A stretch of DNA of 64,000 nucleotides from a bacterium (lineage in GTDB: Bacteria; Krumholzibacteriota; Krumholzibacteriia; LZORAL124-64-63): contig JAAEQC010000202.1 in NCBI GenBank assembly GCA_024231905.1, positions 5,422 through 69,421 on the forward strand, read 5' to 3'. The position numbers and the translations under genes are program-made. Below are positions 56,976 through 64,000 of the stretch, one piece after another (position 1 is the first letter of the stretch; each line of letters opens with the position of its first letter). The notes beneath the pieces were generated by a model. That model searched no databases. It was not told the DNA's origin and saw only the letters and a list, made by a program, of their open reading frames with translations.

Positions 56976-59609
56976 TCAGCGGCGGGCGCGGATCCAGGCT
57001 CCGATGGCGAACAGGGCCAGGGCGGCCGCCCAGGGCCAGCGCCGAGAGCGGCGCTGCAGGGGCACGGTGATGTCGCCGTCGCCCACCAGGACGAAGGCCG
57101 CCCAGTGGCGCGGCGCACAGGTCTCCGGGTCCAGGAAGCAGGCGTGGCGGGCCCGATCGAGGGCGGCGGCCGCCGTCAGGCCGTCGGCCAGGCCCTCGTA
57201 GAATTGGGTCGTAACGCGGAAGGCGACGGCGTCGTCCACCGGCCAGAGGGTGGCCAGCACGGCCGGGACATTGGCGGCCAGGAAACCTCCCGCCAGTCCG
57301 ATCAGGCCTTCGCCTCCCACCACACGCGTGCCGGCGGTGGTGCAGCCGGCCAGCACGGCCAGGCGCGCGTTCAGAGGGAGAGCGGCCACGTCGGCGGCCC
57401 GCAGGACGTCGTCCGGATCCGGCCCCAGGGTGATACCCGTCAGCCAGGGCTGATGGACATGGAGCATGGTGTGGGCAGCCAGGTGAAGGACGCCGGCCTC
57501 GGCCCATTCCACCTCCACCGGCGTACGCACGTGGCGCAACTGCCCGGTCAGCCAGGCGATTTCCTGCTCCGCCCCGGGCAAAGGCCCACCGCCCCCGGAA
57601 TCCGGTCCGGCGACCGCCAGGATCGACGCAGGACCGGTCGCGGCGGGAGGCTCGTGCCGGAGACGCGCCAGCACGCCCGCTCCCGGAATACGGGTCGATG
57701 CACCACGCCAGGGCAGCAGCGCCGCCGGCAAGCGGTGCCAGCTGCCGTCGGGGCACCACCACACGGTGCCGGCGTCGGCCGCCAGCCGCCGGATCGAAGC
57801 CGGCCAGGCCGCCACCAGGTCACCGGCCAGCCGCACGGCCGGTCCCGGGTCGTCCAGGGCGGGACTGCGCACCACGTCGGCCAGACGCCGCAGCCGAGGC
57901 TCGATCTCCCGCCGGCCGGGAATCGCAGCCACGAAGGCCGTGTCCCGGGTGACACAGAACAGGACGCTCAAGCGGTCCCCTTCCACCAGGTCGAGGAAGA
58001 CCTCATCCGGCTTGAGCACCTGACGACGGAAATCCGCGAGATCCGGCGCGGCCACCGCACCGCCACCGGCCCCTGGTCCGAGCATGCGCTCGCGCAGGGT
58101 GCGCGCCTTGTACCGTTGGATCCATTCCCAGGCCGCTTCGAGGCCCCCGGGGGCCTCCATACATACCGCCGCCGCGTTGGCGAACAAGCTGCCGGACACG
58201 GTGCCCCGGTGCTCGCGCCACACGGGATCGGTGGGCCAGGCCCGGACCCGTTCCCAGTTGGCGATGGCCCGGCCGAAGACCGCCAGGGCCGAGTCGGGGC
58301 GATCCAGGGCCGCCTCGGCGCGGGCCAGGTGGGTGAGCAGGACCACGAGTTCGGCCTCGCCGCCGGCCTCCCGGGCCGCCAGGATCGCCGGCCGCAACCG
58401 GGCCGCCGCTCCGGCCGGATCCCCGCTGTCCACCAGCGCCACGCCCAGCAGAGCGGACACCCGCAGTTCGAGGGAGGTGGCCCCCGCGCCGTCCTCCAGC
58501 ACCCGCGCCAGCGTCGTCGCCGCAGCCACCAGACTATCCCGCTCGATCAGGGCCCGCGCCAGGCGCAGACGGGTCTCCGTGGCCAGCAGACGGGATAGCA
58601 TCTCCCCCGCGCCCAGAACCCGCCGGCAATGGTCCGCCGCCGCACCGGGACGCCCCTGCTCCAACCAGGTATCCGCCAGGCTGTTGCCGGCCAGCACCTC
58701 CAGATCGCGCAGACCATACTCGCGGCAGACGGCGAGTACCGAGTCGAAGACCGCCTCCGCCTCGACGTATCTGCCCTGCATGACTCGGGCCTTGGCCAGG
58801 TCGATGCTCGGCACCAGCCCTTCCCGCCGGTGCCCGCTCTCCCGGTGGATGGCCACGGAACGGGCGAAGAGATCCACTGCCCGACCGGGATCGCCGAGCA
58901 TCAGATCCAGGCGTCCGAGCTGATCCAGGGCCATGGCCTCGTTCACCGCGTCACCGGCGCCCTCGACCAGGGCCAGCACGTTGGCGAAGGCCGTGCGTGC
59001 CCCCCGGAAGTCGCCGGCCTGACGCAGGGCCAGTCCGCGTCCGTTCCAGGCCCACACGGCGCCCCGGGTTTCCCCGTACCGCTGCAGGACGCCCGCCGCC
59101 CGGGCATAGGTCGCACCCGCCTCCACAGCCCGCCCCTGGAGGTAATGGCCGTAGGCGATTCCAACCCAGGCCCAGCCCAGGTGCAGCGAGTCGGCGGCGG
59201 CTTCGGCTCTTCGTGCCAGTTCGGCGTAGAGATCCGTCGCTTCGGCGCCGCGCCCCTGCGTACCCACCGAGACACCCAACCAGCGCAGGCATTGCAGGTG
59301 GCGGAGGGTGTCGCGGCGGACGACGGCCACCGCCATGCCCTCGCGCAGATCGCCCTCGGCCTGGCGCGCCATGCCGAAGCTCGCGCGGGTCGCACCCCGG
59401 ATCAGCAGGAGGTTCAGGAGGCCCGTCGTGTCGCCTGCAGCGCGGGCGGCCGTGATGGCCGGGCCCGCCAGGCTGTCGACCATGTCCGGACGACCAGCGG
59501 AGCGCCAGGCGAGCAGGGAATCGGGGAGACCGTCACGAGCGGCGGGAGGCTGTGCCGCGGCGGACGCAGCCAGGAGCAGGAGCGGCAGCAGGCGGACCGC
59601 AAGGCGCAT
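56976..59609 (-). CDS. Periplasmic TPR-repeat plus CHAT (caspase-like protease) domain protein with C-terminal TM anchor
   Basis: Signal peptide MRLAVRLLPLLLLAASAAAQ; about 450 aa of TPR-like helical repeats; CHAT domain (...VLHLAAHT... catalytic His, ...LAGCTTA... Cys); C-terminal WPWAAALALFAIGAWI hydrophobic helix. Confidence 0.75.
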   Translation of the reverse strand: MRLAVRLLPLLLLAASAAAQPPAARDGLPDSLLAWRSAGRPDMVDSLAGPAITAARAAGDTTGLLNLLLIRGATRASFGMARQAEGDLREGMAVAVVRRDTLRHLQCLRWLGVSVGTQGRGAEATDLYAELARRAEAAADSLHLGWAWVGIAYGHYLQGRAVEAGATYARAAGVLQRYGETRGAVWAWNGRGLALRQAGDFRGARTAFANVLALVEGAGDAVNEAMALDQLGRLDLMLGDPGRAVDLFARSVAIHRESGHRREGLVPSIDLAKARVMQGRYVEAEAVFDSVLAVCREYGLRDLEVLAGNSLADTWLEQGRPGAAADHCRRVLGAGEMLSRLLATETRLRLARALIERDSLVAAATTLARVLEDGAGATSLELRVSALLGVALVDSGDPAGAAARLRPAILAAREAGGEAELVVLLTHLARAEAALDRPDSALAVFGRAIANWERVRAWPTDPVWREHRGTVSGSLFANAAAVCMEAPGGLEAAWEWIQRYKARTLRERMLGPGAGGGAVAAPDLADFRRQVLKPDEVFLDLVEGDRLSVLFCVTRDTAFVAAIPGRREIEPRLRRLADVVRSPALDDPGPAVRLAGDLVAAWPASIRRLAADAGTVWWCPDGSWHRLPAALLPWRGASTRIPGAGVLARLRHEPPAATGPASILAVAGPDSGGGGPLPGAEQEIAWLTGQLRHVRTPVEVEWAEAGVLHLAAHTMLHVHQPWLTGITLGPDPDDVLRAADVAALPLNARLAVLAGCTTAGTRVVGGEGLIGLAGGFLAANVPAVLATLWPVDDAVAFRVTTQFYEGLADGLTAAAALDRARHACFLDPETCAPRHWAAFVLVGDGDITVPLQRRSRRWPWAAALALFAIGAWIRARR

Positions 59610-59616
59610 CAGGGAC

Positions 59617-60252
59617 TCACTCCCGGGCCGGTCGCAGGGCGACGATGCCGCTGCGGGCGATGGTGTCGCCCCGGCTGACGGCGAAGGCCTGGCAGTAGAC
59701 CGCCGTCGCGGGCAGGTCCGTCACGGATTTCTCGAACCCGGGACGGACTTCCTGGTGTCGCTCGACCTCGGCGAGACCGGCGTCCAGCAGGGCGAAGACG
59801 AAGGTTTCCGCCTCCGGGGCTGCGGGCCAATCACACCGCAGGAAACCCTCGCCGGTGGTTACGGCCAGGCCGACGGCCTCGTCGCCGCGCACGTACTCGC
59901 CCACCCGGGGTCCGGTGCCGCCGGGCCCGCGCCACAGCTCGCTCGCGGTCAGGCCGACCGCGCACACGGCCAGCACCGCCGCCAGGGCGTACCAGTTGGC
60001 CCGGCGGCGCGTGGGCCGGGTGACGGCGCCGGGCGGAGTCGCCAGGGCGGACTGCAGGCGTCCGGCCAACTCGGCGTCGGCGGCGACCAGGTCCGGCAAA
60101 TCCGAAGTGTCTCCCGGCTCCAGGAAGAGGCCCTGGGCCGCGGCGAGACCCCGGCAGCGGGGGCAGTCTTCCAGATGCCGCCGGCGCGGATCGCCCGTGG
60201 GCAATCCAGCCAGATCGGCCAGTTCGTTCATGGGGTGACAATGCTCCATCAT
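59617..60252 (-). CDS. Anti-sigma factor, zf-HC2 type, single TM, ~110-aa periplasmic domain
   Basis: HLEDCPRCR zinc motif; TM ANWYALAAVLAVCAVGLTASELW; stop 8 nt before the CHAT start; start overlaps the sigma stop. Confidence 0.7.
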   Translation of the reverse strand: MMEHCHPMNELADLAGLPTGDPRRRHLEDCPRCRGLAAAQGLFLEPGDTSDLPDLVAADAELAGRLQSALATPPGAVTRPTRRRANWYALAAVLAVCAVGLTASELWRGPGGTGPRVGEYVRGDEAVGLAVTTGEGFLRCDWPAAPEAETFVFALLDAGLAEVERHQEVRPGFEKSVTDLPATAVYCQAFAVSRGDTIARSGIVALRPARE

Positions 60253-60905
60253 CCTTCGCCTCCATCTTCGTCGCCGGCGCGGGCCGCCACGGCCGCACGC
60301 AGCTTGCGCCGGGCCCTTTGCAGCACTCCCCGGGCGCCGGATTTCTCGTCGAGAGCCAGGTGCCGGGTGATCGCGTCAACCGACAGTCCCTCGTGGCACC
60401 GCAGCCAGACGGCCGTGCCTTCCTCGGGCGAGAGCGTATCGCGCACCAGTCCCAGCAGATCCTCGGCGGCCAGGCGTCGTTCCAGGTCCTCGTCGGGCGC
60501 CGGAGTCGGATCGGCCACCAGTTCGATCACTGCCTCCGTGTCCAAGGGCACCCGGCGCCGGCGCAGTTCGCTCAGACACCGGTTGCGGGCGATGGTGAAG
60601 AGCCAGGCGCCGAAGCGACCGTCGTGATCGTACTCGTCCAGGCGGCCCCAGGCGCTGAGCAGCACTTCCTGCGCCGCGTCGAGAGCCGTCTCCCGGTCGC
60701 CCACGACTCTCCAGCACCAGACGAGGACTCGTTGCCGGTACCGCGCCAGCAGCCGGGAAGCGGCCTGGCGGCCGACGTCACCGTCCGGGTCCCGCTGGTA
60801 GGCGAGGACCAGTTCGCGATCCGTACCGTCGCCACCCGTAGCCGGATCGACGACTTGTCGGATCTCCCTCCGAACTGTGGAACGCAGCATCATCGTTGTC
60901 ATCAC
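60249..60905 (-). CDS. ECF RNA polymerase sigma factor
   Basis: Region 2 (LLSAWGRLDEYDHDGRFGAWLFTIARNRC) and region 4 (LSVDAITRHLALDEKSGARGVLQRARRKL). True start is probably an internal Met. Confidence 0.8.
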   Translation of the reverse strand: MMTTMMLRSTVRREIRQVVDPATGGDGTDRELVLAYQRDPDGDVGRQAASRLLARYRQRVLVWCWRVVGDRETALDAAQEVLLSAWGRLDEYDHDGRFGAWLFTIARNRCLSELRRRRVPLDTEAVIELVADPTPAPDEDLERRLAAEDLLGLVRDTLSPEEGTAVWLRCHEGLSVDAITRHLALDEKSGARGVLQRARRKLRAAVAARAGDEDGGEG

Positions 60906-61080
60906 ACATGAAAGGTGAATTCGCGCGGCGCCGTGCGGACGCCGACCCCATTGAACCGATCATATCACCTGGAGGGGCGGGACGCGCACGATTTAAAGAC
61001 CACGTGCGCTGGTACCACGGAAGAAGCGCGTTGGGTGAGATGTCCGTCCCGACCTGACCCCACCGACGGAGGCCGTCGTC

Positions 61081-62379
61081 ATGAAGAAGATGATCGTCAT
61101 AACCATCCTGCTGGCCGTGGCCGCCCTCGTGGGCTGGCGCGTCACCGCGAGCAACGGCCACGCTCCGGCCCAGTACCGGTTCGTGGAAATCACCCGGGGC
61201 GACCTGGCAGCGGTCGTCGCGGCCACCGGCACCCTCGAACCCGTCACCACCGTCCAGGTGGGCACCCAGGTGAGCGGCATCATCGAGAACGTGCTGGTGG
61301 ACTACAACGACCCGGTCACCGCCGGCCAGATCGTCGCCAACATCGACACGACCCTGCTGGCGGCCGCCGTGGCCTCCAGCCGGGCCCAGGTCGAACGGGC
61401 CGAGGCCGATCTGCGCCAGGCCGAGCGCGAGTACCGCCGCCTGGACGCCCTCCACGCCGAGAAGCTGATCTCCGAGAGCGAGCACTACACCGCCCTCTAC
61501 AACCTGGACCTGGCCCGGGCCGGCCTGAAATCGGCGCGCGTAGACCTCGAGCGCACCGAGATCAACCTGGATTATGCGACCATCGATTCCCCCATCGACG
61601 GTATCGTGGTCCAGCGTTCGGTCGACCCGGGCCAAACGGTCCAGTCCTCCTTCTCGGCGCCGGAGCTCTTCCTCATTGCCGGCGACCTGACGGCCATGCA
61701 GATCCTCGTGTCGGTGGACGAGAGCGACATCGGCCAGATCGCCGAGGGGCAGGACGTGAGCTTCACGGTCCAGGCCTACCCCGACGACCTCTTCGCCGGC
61801 ACGGTCCGGCAGGTCCGCCTCCAGTCGGTGACCACCGAGAACGTGGTCAACTACGTGGCGGTGGTGGACGTGGCCAATCCCGACGGCCGCCTGCTGCCGG
61901 GCATGACCGCCACCGTGGACTTCGTGGTAGACCAGGCCACGGACATCTTCTACGTACAGAACGCCGCGCTCCGCTACCGCCCGGACCAGGAGGTCATGAT
62001 GGCGGTCATGGAGCGCAAGCGCGCCGCCCGGCAATCCCGCGGCGGCACCGCGCGTCCGGACAGTGCCCGGGCTTCCGAGGGAGCGGGAGCCGGCGCGCGT
62101 CCGGGCGGTGGCCAGGGCGGCGGAATCGCGGCCATGGCCTCCGGCGGACTCCCGGACGGCATGGGTATGCTGTGGACCGTCGACGAGTCCGGCGAGATCG
62201 ACCTGATCATGGTGCGCACGGGTATCAGCGACGGTACCAACACCCAGGTGCGCGGCCGCAACCTCGAAGCCGGCACCCAGATCATCGCCGGGGTGTCGCG
62301 ATCGACCACCGCCACGACCAGTTCACCCTTCCAGCAGAACCAGTCGGCCGGCAGTCCCCCGCGGCCGGGCGGCTTCTAG
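61081..62379 (+). CDS. macA: Efflux transporter periplasmic adaptor subunit (HlyD/MacA family)
   Basis: N-terminal TM, coiled-coil hairpin, biotinyl-lipoyl-like and beta-barrel segments typical of MFP. Confidence 0.8.
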   Translation: MKKMIVITILLAVAALVGWRVTASNGHAPAQYRFVEITRGDLAAVVAATGTLEPVTTVQVGTQVSGIIENVLVDYNDPVTAGQIVANIDTTLLAAAVASSRAQVERAEADLRQAEREYRRLDALHAEKLISESEHYTALYNLDLARAGLKSARVDLERTEINLDYATIDSPIDGIVVQRSVDPGQTVQSSFSAPELFLIAGDLTAMQILVSVDESDIGQIAEGQDVSFTVQAYPDDLFAGTVRQVRLQSVTTENVVNYVAVVDVANPDGRLLPGMTATVDFVVDQATDIFYVQNAALRYRPDQEVMMAVMERKRAARQSRGGTARPDSARASEGAGAGARPGGGQGGGIAAMASGGLPDGMGMLWTVDESGEIDLIMVRTGISDGTNTQVRGRNLEAGTQIIAGVSRSTTATTSSPFQQNQSAGSPPRPGGF

Positions 62380-62388
62380 GAGACGGTC

Positions 62389-63135
62389 ATGAACGAGCGC
62401 GACGTCATCCGCATCGAGGGCCTGACCCGCACCTACGTCATGGGCACCAACCAGGTCCACGCCCTGGCCGGTATCGACCTGACCGTGAGCGCGGGCGAGA
62501 TGGTGGCCGTCATGGGCGCCTCGGGCTCGGGCAAGTCCACCCTCATGAACATGATCGGCTGCCTGGACCAGCCCACGTCCGGATCCTACGAACTGGACGG
62601 CGAGCAGGTGGCCGACCTGGGCCGCAACCGTCTGGCCGACCTGCGCAACCGGCGCCTCGGCTTCGTCTTCCAGGGCTTCAACCTGCTGTCGCGCACCAGC
62701 GCCCAGGAGAACGTCGAGTTGCCGCTGCTGTACGACCGCAGCGGACGCGGCGGGGACTCGGCGTCCCGGGCGCGCCGGGCCCTCGAGCGCGTGGGACTGG
62801 GCGACCGGACGGGCCACCTGCCCAACGAGCTCTCGGGCGGCCAGCAGCAACGGGTGGCCATCGCCCGCGCCCTGGTCACGGAGCCGTCGCTACTGCTGGC
62901 GGACGAGCCCACCGGCAACCTGGACACGCGCACGAGCATCGAGGTGCTGGCCCTCTTCCAGGAGCTCAACGACCAGGGCCTGACCGTGGTCATGGTCACC
63001 CACGAAAAGGAGATTGCCCGCTACGCCAAGCGCATCGTCGAGCTGCGCGACGGGCTGATCGTACGGGACGTACCGGTCCACGACAGGGGCCACGCCGCCG
63101 CCGATCTGGGCCGCATCATGGAGGGCGCCGCATGA
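62389..63135 (+). CDS. macB: MacB/LolD-type ABC transporter ATP-binding protein
   Basis: Walker [10 protein letters not shown], signature [15 protein letters not shown], Walker [13 protein letters not shown]. Confidence 0.9.
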   Translation: MNERDVIRIEGLTRTYVMGTNQVHALAGIDLTVSAGEMVAVMGASGSGKSTLMNMIGCLDQPTSGSYELDGEQVADLGRNRLADLRNRRLGFVFQGFNLLSRTSAQENVELPLLYDRSGRGGDSASRARRALERVGLGDRTGHLPNELSGGQQQRVAIARALVTEPSLLLADEPTGNLDTRTSIEVLALFQELNDQGLTVVMVTHEKEIARYAKRIVELRDGLIVRDVPVHDRGHAAADLGRIMEGAA

Positions 63136-64000
63136 GACCCGACAAGCTGATCCGCATCGCCATGCGCAGCATCGCCCGCACGAAAATGCGGAGTATGCTG
63201 ACGGCCCTGGGCATCATCATCGGCGTGGGCGCAGTCATCGTCATGGTGGCCATCGGCCACGGGGCCAAGAGCCGCATCGAGCAGAGCATCCAGAACCTGG
63301 GCACGAACATGGTGGTGATCACACCGGGGACATCCGCCAGCGGCGGCGTCAGCCGAGGCGCCGGCAGCTTCAACCGCCTGACCACCGACGACGCGGAGAA
63401 GCTGCAGCGGGAGTCCATGCTCCTTTCCGAAGTCACCCCGGTGATCATGACTTTCTCGCGGGTCCGCGGCGGCGGAGGCAACTGGCGGGCACCCATCTAC
63501 GGGGTGGCCCCCAACTTCCAGGACATCCGCGACTGGGGTATGGCCAGCGGCCAGTTCATAGGCGCGGCCGACCTGCGCGCCCGCCGCAAGGTGTGCGTAC
63601 TGGGGGCCACCGTAGCCGAAAACCTCTTCCCCGAGCAGGACCCGGTGGGCCAGGAGGTCATCCTGCGCGGCGTGCCCTTCGACGTCATCGGCGTCCTGGA
63701 GGACAAGGGCCAGACCGCCGACGGCAGCGACCAGGACGACATGGTCATCGCCCCCTGGACCACTATCCAGGACCGCCTGGCCGGCCGCCAGTTCATCGCC
63801 CAGATCCTGGGCTCGGCCTGGTCGCCCGACGACGTGGAGGCGGCCATGGACGAGGCCGCGGCCATCATGCGCGAGAGCCACGAGCTGGGCGACTGGGAGG
63901 AGGACGACTTCACCGTCCGCAACCAGGCCGACCTGGCCGAGGCCGCCACGGGCACCACCGAAGTGATGACCCTGCTCCTGGCCGCCATCGCCGGCATCTC
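63132..64000 (+). CDS. MacB-type ABC transporter permease (FtsX/MacB periplasmic core domain), 3' end outside the window
   Basis: My own translation from ATG 63132, overlapping the previous stop (ATGA): [42 protein letters not shown]...; open to the window end. Not in the ORF track. Confidence 0.8.
   Translation, partial: MRPDKLIRIAMRSIARTKMRSMLTALGIIIGVGAVIVMVAIGHGAKSRIEQSIQNLGTNMVVITPGTSASGGVSRGAGSFNRLTTDDAEKLQRESMLLSEVTPVIMTFSRVRGGGGNWRAPIYGVAPNFQDIRDWGMASGQFIGAADLRARRKVCVLGATVAENLFPEQDPVGQEVILRGVPFDVIGVLEDKGQTADGSDQDDMVIAPWTTIQDRLAGRQFIAQILGSAWSPDDVEAAMDEAAAIMRESHELGDWEEDDFTVRNQADLAEAATGTTEVMTLLLAAIAGI

Noticed and set aside
1-64000. CRISPR arrays, rRNA/tRNA genes, IS elements
   Set aside because: No short direct repeats with spacers, no tRNA-like T-arm or acceptor signatures, and no transposase/integrase-like translations were seen anywhere in the window.

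Overview
High-GC (~68-70%) bacterial chromosomal window with about 55 genes at near-continuous coding density. No rRNA or tRNA genes, CRISPR arrays or intact mobile elements were recognised. Gene content suggests a Gram-negative, FCB-like or Gemmatimonadota-like organism: three proteins carry a T9SS-type C-terminal sorting domain, and there are two sulfatases, CotH/VTC/DUF4956 and DUF3857-transglutaminase genes. This assignment is inference only. The features that can be supported are: (1) a nikR-regulated Cbi/Nik(M,Q,O) ECF-type Ni/Co uptake operon with a palindromic operator candidate; (2) an FHA-GAF-PP2C phosphatase next to an NhaC antiporter; (3) a CotH-CotH-VTC-DUF4956-DUF2490 module; (4) two ECF sigma/anti-sigma cassettes, one driving two Spy/CpxP-like periplasmic proteins and one driving a periplasmic TPR-CHAT caspase-like protease plus a ~1000-aa secreted CARDB protein; (5) a MoeA-like, MoeA, MoaE-like molybdenum-cofactor cluster; (6) three tandemly triplicated small TPR-like paralogs divergent from a secreted M16 peptidase; (7) ClpB, two sulfatases, an SSF symporter, an erythromycin-esterase-family protein and a TMEM175-like channel; (8) a DUF3857/transglutaminase gene pair; (9) an AhpD-family gene that the ORF track splits at an in-frame TGA, which I interpret as a CxxU selenoprotein; (10) a C69 dipeptidase; (11) a MacA/MacB efflux operon running off the 3' end. 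The findings most worth following are the AhpD-like selenoprotein candidate, the sigma/anti-sigma/TPR-CHAT/giant secreted protein cassette, the ~450-bp low-GC island at 53.26-53.73 kb, and the triplicated TPR-like genes. Gene coordinates follow the supplied ORF track with starts re-derived by eye. Track coordinates and my line-counted coordinates disagree by 1 nt in two places (near 23.8 kb and 41.67 kb), so treat all coordinates as +/-1 nt.
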